This document shows, one piece after another, positions 37,740 to 52,485 of a stretch of DNA of 64,000 bases. Both the position numbers and the translations under genes were made by a program. How positions within the stretch are numbered: position 1 is the stretch's first letter; each line of letters opens with the position of its first letter. The notes beneath the pieces were generated by a model. The model did not search any database and was not told where the DNA came from. It saw only the letters and a list, made by a program, of their open reading frames with translations. Origin of the DNA: Vicugna vicugna (taxonomy: Eukaryota); NCBI GenBank assembly GCA_013265495.1, contig MU058423.1, forward strand, positions 5,748,745 through 5,812,744, given 5' to 3'.

Positions 37740-40700
37740 TTTTGTACCAGAGATGGTTGTGGGTAAACACGTGCTCAAAGATGAAAACTGGAAATTGGTT
37801 ATCTGACATTGTTGGGTTTTCAGTGAGACTCGATTATCACTGAAAACGGGACACTGGTAATTCATGGAATGCAAAAGCAAATGTATACATTATACAGTCA
37901 CCTGGGATGAAATGCTAATTTGTGGACCATTTTGTTTCTAATAGAAAAAGCAAGGAAGGTGGGGGATCAATAGTAGCTTCTATTAGAATTGGAGAAGTTC
38001 AAGCAAAACAGAGACAAGCTCAGAGCTTTAAAACTTAGTTTAAAACATGAGGCAGGACTAGGGAGATTCTATGATTGTCCAAAAAATCATTTCTTTTACA
38101 TTAGCCACATGGAAGTAACATACTTAAAATCATTTACAGATCTGACATTATGAGTTGCTCAATTAAAGCATCAGTTTAATTCACAGGCATTTCTAGATGT
38201 CTTATGTAAAAATTTGGGCACAAATTTGGAAACAGTAGAACTCTACTCACTGGAGTTGCAGAGGCAGGACATTTATTGCAGTCGTATTTGGGTAGATTAA
38301 GTCGATGCTGAATACCTAACACCATTGTCAGCATAAGCAGCCTTTCATCTACTATTTAAGAAGGTTGCACCTGCCTTACCATAAAACCCTCTAATTATCT
38401 CTCCTTGAGGTAATGACTTTATAAAAGACTTTTCCTCATGTTGTTTCCATTCCTTCTTCACATATAAGTAGGGTTACATCTCAGAATATCCGAAAGAACA
38501 ACACTAAATTCTCCTCAAACTGAAATAAGGTTTTATTTACTAAGTTGAATCATATAAAATTATTTGAGCATTCTGACCTATAATATAATGTATACATTTC
38601 TATCTAAAAATTGACATACGCTTTAATATTATATGTAAAAGCGACTAGCAAGTAAAGCTAGAACAGGCAGTGTGGGTTCTAACTTTAGTTCTGAAGGAGG
38701 ATTAATAAAATGGCCACATTTAGGCTAACAGATTGCTTATTCTTATGCTTGCCCTTAAAACGGCCAACTGACCTGACTGACCAGTTGCTACTCATAGTTC
38801 CAGGCCCACTGTTAAAACTAAAGCTATTGATCTTACTGTTTCTACTTTATTCCAGTAATCAAAAGCTATAATCATCCTAGGTCTCTGAGCTGATCTCCAA
38901 GGAGAAGGTCACAGAACTGCAACCTTACAAAGCAGGCTAAACACCAAGTGACAACTGCTGGCCTCTATAGAATTGGTCGCCTGGAGGCATCATGATGCCA
39001 TTCTAAGTCTTCTGGTAAGAAAATGATTCTGTTGATCGTTATTGTTTGAGCTATGGCTGTATAACCACCCCACCCTACCCCATCCCCAAGGTGGGTTCCC
39101 AGCTTTGAAGGCACCACCCTGCTGTGAGTCCCCTTTGCCCAGCAAAGCAATAAAGCTGCATCTTTTTTTCCAAGCTCCAAGACCCAGTCTCTGAGTTATT
39201 CGGCCTGTCAGGTAGGGGGGCCGATCTTTCAGCAACAGTTTGACATAAAGGTGTTGGTATAAGAGTAGTTAATACAGATTCTGAATTCAGTGTGTTAGCT
39301 TAAACAGCTCGGATGCTTGCTCAGTTTACTGGTTGAAATCTCAATTACGATCCACACTAAAAGATGTCTCGATGTCAAAAGTGCCTTGGCTTAATGTTGA
39401 GGAAGAAATTCAAATAGGCATACAGAAAATTTCTGGAACCTGAGTTCGCACAACCATTTTTATCTGAGAGAATACTGAAGATACAGCCCTCACCAAGGCA
39501 CTAAATATTAGGGAATCATCAACATTCTTTCAAAACTCTGTAGTAGCTGTCCTTCATAAACTGGAAATAAGAGTAGGAGAAGCTACCATGGAAAATGAGC
39601 TCCCTGAATTAAAGGAGCAAATATATTGGCAGTGGTAGAGTCCAAGTGGTAGCATCTAACCAGCAGAATAAAAGTGAGAATGGTTATTGTAATAGGCTGC
39701 ATAACTCGAGAGATAACCAGAAGGTTACCCCTAGAAGAATCATTGATGATGGTGAATTGATTTTGAGGTACCTATAAAACATACAGATGGGCAAAGAACA
39801 AAAGCTCTAATATATCCATAAAATGGCTACAACAATATCTAAATACGATAAAGAGAAACTTGATCACAGATCATGATGAATATCTTTGCTCTCTCCCTAA
39901 AGTATCTTGAATGGTACTCCTACAAGTTTTCACTAAAATTATTCCTCTCGGCCTTCTGCAAAAGGACTTATATACAGAAGCAATTGTTTTGTGAAGGAGA
40001 ATGACACTGGAAAAAACTGGTTCCTGGCTCTGAGGTATTGCTGATAATATTTCATAACACAGGAAACCAAAATGGGCTTCCAATCCAAATGAGTATGGTG
40101 AAAATGAATGGAATTTGGACACAAATCCATCTTACAGTAAACTCTAGGACTGATGATATGAAAATTCACTCACTTTATGGATATTCTCACAGTTCGGGGC
40201 TGTGTGTGTCGAAAGAGAATGCTCCTAACATTAAAATCTACTTATCTGTATGGCCTTTTAAGAAGCCACATGAATCTTAGAAAAATGGTAATGTTATCGT
40301 AAATGTAATTAGGTCATACACTCAGTGGAAGAAGCTTCTCTTGGCATCTCTTATTTACTGGAGCAATTCAGCCTACATCTTCTCACGTGGTCACTACCAT
40401 TGAGCTGCCTAATGCTGGCTTTTCTCTGTCCCAATAAGCAGAGAACAACAGAAGCAGTTTACTTCAACCTGGAAGGGACAGGGACACAATCTAATTCTTT
40501 GTCATTAAGTCCACAACAACTGTAGCAACGGTGTGATTCTGTTATAATTTACTTCCATACTTTCTCATACTTGCCTTTATATTGACAACACTAAGGCAAT
40601 GTGACCAGGGAAACAAAGACTAACAAATACCTTAGAAGTCTCAGTGATATTTATACATGTTAGAAGGCTGGAGGAAAGTGTTATGCAGATCTGAAGACCT

Positions 40701-41582
40701 ATACAGTAAGTGCAGCTGTAGAGGGACAAAAGTCTTAGCATGTCAGGATACTCCTCCTAAAGCAAAAAAAAAAAAAAAAAAAAAAAAAGGGAGGATTCGC
40801 TGCTCTGTGAGTAGTAGAGCATAGTATCTGAGGTCTCCACTGAGCACCACAGACAACTCACATCACTTTTGTGTACTGATCTATCTCATAAGACTTCTGT
40901 GTTTTTTGGAAAAAATTCTTAGAGAATAATTTTCTCCATCACCTCAGGCCATGGTGCAAGCAGTTCTGACCTTGAGCAGATCAAATGTTGCTTGAAGTGT
41001 CTGTTGCAAAACAGGATGCTCTGTGGAGACTGAAGCAATTTCTGAGAGGAGAGTTGCTCCCAGAGTTTTACAGCATAACTATTCCCTATTTGGAAACTTA
41101 ATATTGTCTCGTTGAGAAACAGCTCCTACGTTGTTATTAAAATGAACTGAACACACGATTATGGAACAACAGAACTCATGCAAACTGACCTACTCATCAT
41201 GACTTAAATATTATCTAAGCTAGAAAACCATGAATCTGACTATGTGCAGTGGTATTTCTTCTTCATTTGAAGTACATTTATGGTTACACGTAAGAAGTTC
41301 CTAAAAACACGTGTAATGTACATAAGCATGTGGCTTATTCACCTAATTCACTTATTTCTACAGTATTTCCACACTTTCCTCATCTATATTGCCATGGAAT
41401 TATTATAAATATTTAGTTTTCTAAGGAAGAGGGGAAAATCCTGGATTATAGATGATTCCATGTGACACCCTGGCACTAGCTGGAAGCAATCAGCAACACA
41501 GAATTGCAGTCACCTCAGGTGTGATTCTAGGCAAAAATCTGGATGGAAATCTTTCCAGGGAAGATAATTTGTAGACATTGAA
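37740..41582 (+). mobile_element. Decayed ERVL internal region (gag-pro-pol)
   Basis: RT remnant FSVPISREQQKQFTSTWKGQ at 40422-40481 (cf. FSIPI...QKQFAFTW.GQQYTF). gag-like gattctgaattcagtgtgttagct. Interrupted by a solo LTR and an A25 run (40764-40788). Confidence 0.75.
38692..39237 (+). mobile_element. Solo LTR (ERV1-like) nested in the ERVL
   Basis: TG...CA ends, AATAAA at 39149-39154, TATA-like tgtataa ~39058, flanks gttc/gttt (4-bp TSD with one mismatch). Confidence 0.8.
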
Positions 41583-41799
41583 CTAAGGATAGTAATTGTC
41601 TTTATCTATACATTTTTATATACGCCAAATAAAAGTTAATATCCATAAACCACTTATTTTTAACTTGGACTTAATAGTTGAAAACTGAATGTTTTAAATG
41701 AAGAGTTACACATTGTTTACATTAATGTGTAGAGATACCTTGCCTATGAAGAAGGCCATATGACTGAAAAAATATTGTTTGATCCATGCAGTTTATGTA

Positions 41800-42760
41800 T
41801 TGAGACAAATTAGCAATAATTATATAAAAAGAGCAAGCCAAAGAGACACATTAATTACAGAGAAAGTATTATTCAGGAAACAAAATACAGTTATAAACTA
41901 AATGTGGATCAGAAAACTCAAAATCATTTAATGGTTTTCTCAGTAAGTAGGCCTGTGGTTAAAATCAACCCAGAAGGCATCTGTGTAGCATTTAGTAAGT
42001 TTATTCTAATTTTAATGCAAATGGAAAGGGTATTAGAATATCCAAAAGAGCACTGAAAAATAATAAATTTAGTTGATATACATTGCTTGAGTTCAAGATT
42101 TATTATAAAGCAAATGGAATGTACAAAATGTCTAAAAATAGAAATAGAAAAATTCACACATAATAAGAACATTAGAATTCCTCAATATATGTAATAAAAG
42201 CAGATAGAATATCAGTAAATGTATAGAAAAATCTTAAAGCTATCAATAACCTTCTTATCAAAAGTACATGAAATCAACTATACTAGGCCCTTTAACAAGC
42301 TTCTGCAAATTTCAAATGATAGAAGGCATTGAGAATAATTTTTCTGACTGTGATGGAATTAAACTGGAAACCAATAATAAAAGTATATATAAAATCTCCA
42401 CCTGGAATTTAAACAATTAAACAACTTTAAATAATATATAATTAACAAAGACATCCAAATATTTGGAAATAAATAATAGTAAATGTAGCAATGTAAAAAT
42501 TGGATAGTTACTGCTAAAGTAGCTGGAAGCAGTCAGCAACACAGAATTGCAGTCACCTCAGGTGGGATTCTAGGTAAAAATCTGGATGGAAATCTTTCCA
42601 GGGAAGATAATTTGTAGACCTTGAAAAAGTAGTACCTAATTGAATATTTATTGCATTATATGGAATATTTGAATTAAAAAAAAGCCTGGAAATCAATAAT
42701 TTCAGCTTACTTCTCAAAAAAACTAAAAACATTACACCAACTAAACCTAAGGAATTTAGC
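41800..42760 (+). mobile_element. Ancient L1 ORF2 fragments
   Basis: tttctgactgtgatggaattaaactggaaaccaataa (FSDxxGIKLExN-like) and other endonuclease-domain remnants. Confidence 0.7.
42520..42625 (+). repeat. 106-bp dispersed duplicate of 41477-41582
   Basis: 4 mismatches in 106 bp; bounded by aaagtag repeats at 42516-42522 and 42626-42632. Confidence 0.95.
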
Positions 42761-42764
42761 AGGG

Positions 42765-45700
42765 TAAGTGATATCAGCATTCATGGTGGCAGAAGATACA
42801 GCTTGTTTTTGTTCCTTCCTTTTAAAACTAAAATTTGGCATTCACTTACAAACGTGCCTTTTTAGAATTGTGGGATCCAACACTATATACCACTAGGTAG
42901 GTAGTAGGAGCCTGTGAACTGGCTTTAGCTCCTTTGGGACATAGTCTGGAAGCATCTGTTGTAGAAGGCTGACTTGGACAAACATCCACAAACTAATGAG
43001 CTTTTGCAAAAGTTCAGGTTGACTAAGGAGACATTTCAGCACACAGCTGGAATACATATATATAATGAGTTTGAATGCACTGGAGTGGGTAAGAGAAGCT
43101 TTGCCAGCATCACCTCTTTGCCCAAGATGGCACATCTTAGAGCTAGGAGAGGCTGGCAATCTCTACTGAAGAGGAGAAAAAGTAAGTGAATGTTCCTCTT
43201 CTCCAGCTGTGTGGGATGCTGCTAAAGAAACCCATCTCTCTCCTGCAATACCTAGAGTATTAAGGCGGACCTCCATTATTGGGGGGGGGGAGAACGAGAT
43301 CAGAAAAGAGGCAGATAAGAATATCGGATGGCATCAAAGGGATCCAATTCCTGCTAACCGTGTTCTAGATTCAAGCAAGAAGCTTGTTTGTGAACCACTG
43401 AGGAAACCTTACCCAGAGATGCCTCATATTGGCCCATAGGAACCCTGAACTCCCTGAGTGCTAAATACCTCCTCCCAGTCTTCGATTGGCTCCTTGTGCA
43501 TAATCCCAAAGGAGTCAGCTTGGGAGACTGGGAGCACTTACAGAATACACTCCACGGTCTGTGGGTAAATGAGAACCAAAATCTTGAGCAGTAGTGCTGC
43601 CTTTGGGAAAACAAAAAAGAGATTTCTAGCAGCCAGCCTGATGCATTGTAAAATCAAGAGAAGATAACCTTAAGAATTCTGCCACAAGAAGCAGCCAGAG
43701 GCATAGAGCAAATGTATCTATACAAGGTTGGAGAAAGCCACAGAAAATATAACAGGATTGGCATAAAGTAGCTCTCACCTGAAGGCAACTAGTAAAGATT
43801 AGAGGAGGTGACTGCTATTTCCAATGAAAAACGGCAGTACAAAACTCCAAGGAACATGAAGAATCAAGGCAATAGGTCATCACCAAATATTCCCAATACT
43901 CCTCCAATAACTGAACCCAATAACATGGAGGTCTGAGATTCACCTCATAAAGAAATAAAAATAGTTGCTTTGAGGACACTTGATGAGCTATACAAAACAC
44001 AGAAAGAAAAATCAATGCAAATAAGAAATCAATACACAGGTAAAATAAGCAATTTAAAAAAGAGAGAAAAACCATTAAAAAAAAAAACCCCAAAACATTC
44101 TTGAGCTGAAGAATTCAATGAATGAAATAAAGAATGCAATAGAGAGTATGAACAGAATAAACCAGGAAAAGAACCAGTGAGTTAGATGATAGAAACTTAG
44201 AAGTAAACCATTCAGAAGAAAACAAGGAAAAAAGAATGAAAAAAAAAGTGAAGGAAGCCTATGTTATTTATGCAACACCATTAAAAGAATCAAATCAACA
44301 TTACAGGTGTTTCAAAATGATAATGAACGGAAAAGAGGGCAGAAAATTTATTTAAAGAAATAGTGGATGAGAACTTTCCAAAACTGGGGATATTTGTATT
44401 TGAAGCTCATGAAGCTAACAGGTCACTTCATTATTTCAATCCAGCATGATCTTCTCCAAGACACATAATACAATTGTCAAAAATAAAAAACAAAGAGAGA
44501 ATCCTAAAAGCAGCAAGAGAATAATAGATTGTAACCTATATAGGAGTGCACACTAGGCTATTAGCAGATTTCTCAGCAGAAACCTTACAGACCAGGGGAG
44601 AGTGAAATGGTATTCAAAGCTGAAAGAAAAAAAAATACGCCAGTCAAGAATACTCTATTTGCCAATGTTATCCTTCAAATATGAAGGAGAAATAAAGATC
44701 ATCCTAGACAAACAAAACCTAAGGGAGTTAATCACCATTAGACCTGTCTTACAAGAAAAGCTAAAAGGAAGTAGAGCTGTAATGAGCAGATTCTAATTAG
44801 TAAAGATGAAATCATAGGAAAATATATAACACATTGACAAAGGTAAATATAAAGTAAGATTCAGAAAACTCCAATTTTGAAATAGGATGGTATGTCAAAC
44901 TTTAACCATGGTATAATGTTTTAAAAAGAGTATTAAAAATACCAACAGCTACTATAATTTGTTAACAAGTATTTAATACAAAAATAAATCAATTGTGACA
45001 TTAAAAACAAGAAAGGGGGACAAGTAAAAAGGTAGTTTTTTTGTATAGGATTGAAGTTAAGTTTCTATCAATGTAAAATAGACTATTATATCTATAAGAT
45101 GTTTTATGTAAGCTTCATGGTAACAACAAAACAAAAGCCTATAAGGCACTCACAAAAGATAGAGGAAGAAAATTAGAGCATTCCACTGGGAAACCAAAAA
45201 ATACACAAAGGTAGACAAGGAGAGGAAAATGAAACAACAGAACAACAAAACTGCAATTAATATAAGATAAAATTAGAAAGTCCTCACATACTAAAAAAAA
45301 ATTATTCTACAAGTAAATTGATTGAATTTGCCAATCAAAAGGCACAGAGAAGCTGTAGGGATAAAAAATGAGACCCAATTATACACTGTCTATAAGAAAC
45401 TCACTTCAGCTCAAAGGACACACATACACTCAAATTAAAGGGACAGAAAAAGATATTCCATGTAAATAGAAAGTAAAACCAAGATAAATAGCTATACTTG
45501 TATCAGATAAAACAGATTTTAATGCAAAAATGGTAACAAAAGACAAAGAAGGTTATTATATAATGATATAGGGTCAATTCATCAAGAAGAGATAACAATG
45601 TAAATATGTACACACTTGACATCAGAGCACCTAAATATATTAAGCGAATACTAATAGATATGAAGGGGAAAATAGACAATAATATAGTAACAGTAAGCAA

Positions 45701-47050
45701 TTTCAATACTCCACTTTCAGGAATGGGTAAATAATCAAGATAGAAAATTAGCCAAGAAACATTCAACTTGAACTGTACTTTAGAAAAAAATGAATGTTGT
45801 AATAGACATGTATAGGTATTCCATTCAAAACCAGAAGAATACATATTCTTCAAAAAGTCCATATGGAACATCCAATAGGACAGATCATATGAAAGGCCAC
45901 AAAATAAGTCTTAGAAAAAGTAAGAAGACTGAAAACATAGCAAATATCTTTTCCAACCACAATGGTATGAAACTAGAAATCAACAAAAGGAAAGGTGGAA
46001 AATTTACAAAAATGTGAAAACTAAACAGCATGCCCTTGAACAACTAAAGTTTCAAAAAGAAACCAAAAAGGAAATTTAAAAAATAACTCTAAATAAATGA
46101 AAATGGAAAACAACACACTAAAACCTATGAGATGTTGCAAAATCAATTCTTAGAGGAAAGTTTGTAGCCATAAATGCATATATTAAGAAAAAGAAAGATC
46201 TCAATTAAGCAACCGAATTTTACACTTCAAGGAACTTACACTTCAAGAAAAAAATAAACTAAACCCAAAGTTAGCAGAAAGAAGGAAATGACAAATACCA
46301 GAGTGGAAATAAATTAGAGATCAGAAAAACAACAGATAAAATCTCTTACTAGATTTTGAGCTGGTTTTTGAAGAGATAAACAAAGTCAACAAACTTTTAA
46401 CTAAACTAATGAAAAAAGAGAAGATTCAAATAAAATCAGAAATGAAAGAGGTGACGTTACAATTGATACTACAAAAATATATAAGATCATAAGAAACTAC
46501 CATGAACATTTATATGCCAACAAATTTGATAGCCTGCAAGAAATGGATAAATTCCTAGGAACATAAAACTTAGCAAGAATAAATCATGAAGACATAGAAA
46601 GCATGAGAAGACCAATAATCAGCAAGGAGACTGAATTAGTAATCCAAAAGCTCCTAACAAAGAAAAGTCCAGGATCAGACAGTTTAACTGATGAATTCTA
46701 AAAACCATTTAAAGAATTAACACCAACACTTCATAAACTTTTCCAAAACATTGAAGAGAAGTGAACACGTTCAAATTCACTTTAAGAAAGCAGCATTACC
46801 TTGATACCACAGTCAGGTAAGGACATTAAAAGAAAGTTACAGACTAATATCCCTGATGACTAGATAGAAAAATTCTCAACAAAATATTAGCAAACTGAAG
46901 TCAACAGCACAGTAAAAGGATTATACACTATGATCAAGTCAGATTTATCCCTGAGTGTCATGACTGGTTCAGTATATGCAATTCAGTAAGTGTGATATAC
47001 CATGTTAATAAAATGAAAGATAATACCATATGATCACCTTTATTGATGTA
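42765..47050 (+). mobile_element. L1 (L1MA-like) with 5' UTR, ORF1 and 5' half of ORF2; 3'-truncated and inactive
   Basis: GC-richer 5' UTR; ORF1p C-terminus QSRILYLPMLSFKYEGEIK...LRELITIRPVLQEKLKG; endonuclease DHMKGHK...IFSNHNGMKLEIN; ends within RT near catatgatcacc. Confidence 0.92.
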
Positions 47051-48879
47051 TAGTTTCATCAAAGCTCCCAAGTGTGGTGAACAAAATGTAATTGTTATAA
47101 AAATGTATGAAGATATTCAGCCTGAGTTTTATCCCAAAGGATGTAACACCCTGCAATGAAATCCTTTCCTAAAATGTGGAGCATGAGTCAATCAGGATGA
47201 TGAATAAGGAACTTCTATTAAAAAATGAGCTGAGTATATACTTAATTTAGTATGTAATTATTATATATTTCTTCTCTTTCTACTATTCTCACTGATATAT
47301 GTGTCTATTCTTATGCTAATACCAAACTCTCTTGTTTCCTGTAGCTTTACAGAAAATTTTGAAATTGTCTCAGGGGTTTTGCACCTCCAATTTTTGGACA
47401 TAACATAAGAAAGGAGGTCCGAATTTTGGAAACATTTTATTATTACACAAAGCTTTATTTTTTTCCATTGATATTTCACTGGTCTTTTATATTCTTTCTG
47501 TAATATGCTTTAAGCCATAAACAAAAGACTAAAACTGTAATTAAAAACATTATTACAATTCATGGCATGCTTTTAGTAAGTCTTTAGAAGTCTTTAGTGG
47601 CTATCCAAATGACTAAGTTTGTATATGTTAAATGTATGCGGTAAGTAATTTAAGGAAAACTTGAATGCTGTGGAGTATATTGCACCCCAAAAAATAAAAG
47701 GGATTCAGCTGAATCATAGCTTGATTTAAAGAACACTTAAATTTTTGACTTGGGTAATAAATAAATATGATTTAAAGGAATCACTTGATTCCTATACTCC
47801 CCTGTACTAGCACACATTATGGTTAGTATGTTGAAATTGGTGTTTGTGAACATATTTTTAGTCCCAAAGACTATTATTACTTAAATTTCTAAAAGTAAAA
47901 AAATGATGTTATAGATAAAGTAATTTTGCCACATGATAGAGTTCACGATACGGCTGTCAGCCCTTCCTTCACATTGGGTTTGTTATAGCTCTTTATCAGG
48001 TGTTTATTTTCACTTATTTTATTCATTTTGTTCATAATACTCTTGCTCGTAATATAAGTAAAACTGTAGCATTTAATTTTATTTGAAGAAGTGTTACTGT
48101 TTGTATCATAAGGTGTCTTGGTGCCTGGATTAAGCTCACTGCCTGTACTACATATTATGAGGCTCTGGAGATCCTCCAGTTGCACAGATTTAGCAATTTT
48201 CAGTTGTGCACCAGTAACAAGGACTTCTATTTCAGAAATATTTAGGTTTAAATGCCAAATATATAATTAGAGTTACATCAATCAGTGTCTTTTATATTTA
48301 GTCCCTTCATTATAAAGTCGGATTTATACCTCAAAGAGTTGTGGTGAAATTTGATGTTATAAGCCATATAGAGACAACTAGTAGAATGCTAGGGTTTTGT
48401 AGGTTTTCAATGAATGACAACTACTTTTATATTTTATTCGCTTCAAACATATTTTTCACAGTTTTGGATATCTGAAATTGATATGGCTATTATAACTGAA
48501 ATTTTGATACACCTTGAAAGTACACTATCGATGCAAAATCCACTAAACAGATTAAGATTATCAGCATGTGTTAATATTAAGTGTCATATCACTTAAAATA
48601 CTCCGTCAAATCTGTCCAGAGAATTATTTCCATAATTACAAAATAAAACTTTGTAGACAACTGTATCAGTTATATTGGCAGTTTCTTATTTAATGGCACA
48701 TAAATTAGTAGTGTGAATTATATTTGATGCAACCTAGATTAGATGAAATACAGTACTACCAATACTAATTATACTGCAATGTGCAAAGTATCTGTCCATC
48801 TGAAAATACCATTCTTAGTAAGCAGTTAATGGAAACCAACATATCTAAGAATGTGCTGTGCATTGCCTGAGAACTTATC

Positions 48880-49120
48880 ACAGTGGTTAGAGCCAGATAA
48901 TCTCTACTGAAATTTGAAGTTCCCCTTCTTCTGTTTCATAGCTGTGTGACCTTAGGAATGGTACTTAACTCTGGGCCTCGGTCCCTGATCTGTTAGAAGG
49001 TGAATAATAATTTTACTCACCATCATAAGGGTTATGATAAGACTAAATAAAGTAAACCTATGTAAAGCACTGAGAATAGTGTGTAGCTCATAGTTACTAC
49101 ACAATAAATGTTAGTTGTTA
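48880..49120 (+). mobile_element. MIR SINE
   Basis: tagctgtgtgaccttaggaatggtacttaactctgggcctcgg...tatgtaaagcactgagaatagtg. Confidence 0.85.
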
Positions 49121-52099
49121 TATACATTCCATTAGGGTAGAGATTTTAAATGCATAGTTTCTATTAACTTTTACCATTTGTTCCTCTTACATAAAACTCT
49201 GATATCCTAATATTATCCTTGAGAAATGAAGCTCTAAACTTTTATTCTGTTGCTAGTGCTTGATCAATATTAGTTGAATAATGCATTCTATCATTCTCTA
49301 GTACAGTGGAATCAAACAAGGTAACAGACAGTATAAAAAGTTAATTGTGTACTGGAAAAAAACATGTGGTTAGAGCTTGAACATTTTACTAGCATATCTT
49401 TGGCTCTATACCTTCTAAAGTATGCTTATAATTGAGATAAAATAATATTCTACTTCATTAATTAAAGGTAACAATTTGGTATTTCATTTGGTGAAATATT
49501 ATGTATGATTATGTCAGGATAAATGAATTAAGTACGTGCTCCTTATCTGCAAAGTTCCTGTTTTAAATTTTACTTTTTAAGTGAAAAGGAATACATGAAA
49601 GGTAGACTTTATACTTATGTTTCTTTTTTCCCCCACAGGGCAATAAATAATACAAATCTGATTTAGGAAGTTATTACTCTAACAGAATGGAATGACATTT
49701 CTCTTAATTTATAAAGTCAGCAAAGACCATGGATTTTAAGAATATTTGGAAGGAAATTTATCTGGTAATACTCGTTTTAGTAGTTAAACATGCATCTGAG
49801 CAGAATATGGAATATAGTTTAGTGAGAACCAATGTTGTACCCAGGTTAAAAGGACTGTCAGATCATACATTTTTTTTGACTCCACCTAAACAAAGAAAGT
49901 ACAACATTGTGTCATAGTTGTTTTGACATATGGAAGATGTTTTGACAAAGCCCTTTCAATAATGTAAAACACAGTATTTTATTACCACATAGTGTAACAG
50001 GCATCTCTGACACATTGTCCCCGAGACTTGCTCTTTCCTGAATTTTAATTTATGTAACGAGCCAGGGAAATGGGGTTATAATATAAATGGGTAAGTGATA
50101 TAAAACTGCAAAAACACAGAAAATATTTCTGTATTAGTTTTATACATATAGATATATGATAATTATAAGCAAGAAAGAGAAATATAAATGCATATATGTA
50201 GTAATTACAATTGTTGACTTAATCCAAAGGAAATTTACTGAATAGAGATCACTTTTAAGGAAATTATTTATGTGGGCATATGAATGAGAGCAAATGTGCT
50301 CCAGCCAATTCCAGGTTGTATTTCTCCAGTCTAGATACAGAGTCCTGAAGAAACGATCTTAAGTCTAGCTAGGATCTCCCAGGACACCCAGTTAATAGAA
50401 TCACAAATGCTGTATACAATAGATAAGAGTCAATGCTCCCAGAGTTAATTAGGGTTACTATGAGAAGGAAAAATAGACACTATGTAAGAAAACAAGCAAA
50501 TAACAACAGCAAACCACTGAAGGTCCTCAGCTTGACCACAAATTAAAAAGCATGAATAAAATGAATGACAGATATAACAAATGTAACCAAAAGAAAACAA
50601 AAATACAGAAACCCACCACCATAGTCAGCAGACAGAAGATTAATAATTACATAACATACAAGGGCTTTCACAATTCAAAAAAGCAAATGAACGAGCAACA
50701 GACGTAGAAAAATGTAGAAAAGGTCATGTTCAAAATTAAGGCCACATGTAGTTCGTTCCAATTCTCTGTGAACAAATAACCTTGCTGCTTCTTATCTCAG
50801 CATGAAAGTAGGGCGATAAGCTATTCACTATCTCAACACCCTGTAACCAAAACATTAAACTGACCTACATCCCCACTGATCCTTTACTTCTATCCTCATT
50901 TCAAATGTTCTATCTAGTGGTAGGTAGCTCCTATACCACCTTCATTCTTTCTGTCAGTTATGTCCTCTTTTCCCCATACCCTTTTCATTTTGCTCTCTGT
51001 TAGTGTTTTATCAACATTTAAATGTATTTAAATAGTGAGACTCCTGGAAAGCAGGATGATGGGATAGTAAACTATCCAAACTTGACTTAATGAAATCAAA
51101 AGAATGAACAGGATACAGTAAGAGTAAGAGAAAAACTACAGAAACTGAGAAGCAGTGTTAACTATATTTTATAGACTCTGAGACATTTTTGCCAATTAGG
51201 TGCAGGCTGGACTAATGAAAGAATGACACTAGAAGCCAAAACTTTCTCATTCCTGGAAAAGAATCACTAATAAAGGATTTTACATAATAAATCCAGTCAA
51301 AGCCAACAAATATAACAATTTAGAGGGTTGGTTGGAGGGACTGGTTCACTCCTGGTAAAGAAATGTACATTCTAAATGGAGATTCTATTTCCACTCTGGT
51401 TGCACAGTAATCCTTGGTCATAATGATGGGTTGGGAAGAAAAATTTGCAGCAACTCTGAGACTTCTTTCTGATCTGACTTGCTAACAGACAGGATGTTCA
51501 TTTTTTGGAATTATGTAACAGGAGATGTTCTTAAAAAGAATAACAACACAGAAGAATAAGGTCTGAAGTATATATGAGGCTGGAAGAGAGATAATTTTCA
51601 CTGGATATATATTTTCTTACCTTGAGATAATTGTCAAATACATGATGGGATAAATACTAAACCAGTAAACAGAACTCCCTCGGGGTCCCTTGGATAAGAA
51701 ATAAAACTTGTTTCTATTCCCTGGTTGTACTATCTGCAGTTCATCTCTTGCCAAAAACAATGCAGAAAAAAACATAAAAATCTGAGTAGGTCATCACGTC
51801 TCTTGAATCTCTATCCAATTATTATGACTACATATTATAGGAGACAATGTGTCATCTCCAGTCTAATTTTATTGCTAATCCATAAGAAATATCTCTGAAA
51901 AATTTGGTCTTGGAATAATTTTAGAAGTAGAGATGCTTGATAATGAATAGAGATCACATAAACCTGGTATGGCTCATAAATCATCAACTGGGCCATATGT
52001 CTCTGAAATAGCCATCTTGTTGACCTTCGGATGGTTGAAATATTGAAATTCTTCCTACCCTGACTTTGGCAGATTCTCCTCCCCTCCTTATCAGAGACT

Positions 52100-52485
52100 G
52101 ATTAATTGATTGATTTTCTGAATTCATTGAGATATAACTGACAAATAAAATTATATGTATGCAAAGTACACAACTTGATGTAAGTATACATTTTGAAATA
52201 ATCATCACAATCAAGTTAATTAACACATCCCTCACCTCCCACACTTGTGTGTGTGTGTGCGTGTGTGTGGTGAAAATGCTTAAGATCTACTCACTTAGCA
52301 AATTTCAAGTAAACAATACAGTATTATTAACCACAGTTACCATGCTGCACATTAGATCTGCAGAACTTACTCATCTTATAACTGAAAAATTGTACACTTT
52401 GACCAACATCTCCAGCCCCTGGCAACCACTATTCTACTCTCTGTCTGTAGGAGTTTGACAGTTTTTTAAAATTCCACCTATATTT
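52100..52485 (-). mobile_element. L1MA-type 3' UTR (L1MA9-like), antisense
   Basis: cttaagatctactcacttagcaaatttcaagtaaacaatacagtattattaacc...cccctggcaaccactattctactc. Confidence 0.88.

Noticed and set aside
46220..46247. Short direct repeats (ttacacttcaag x2; also 6751-6770, 36128-36155, 47578-47597, 60057-60089)
   Set aside because: Ordinary slippage duplications; no repeat-spacer array, so nothing CRISPR-like.
42765..47050. Potentially active full-length L1
   Set aside because: Many stops and frameshifts, and it lacks the 3' half of ORF2 and the tail.
48116..48245. GC-richer stretch after a possible acceptor, open for ~43 codons
   Set aside because: Weak splice signals and no recognisable peptide.
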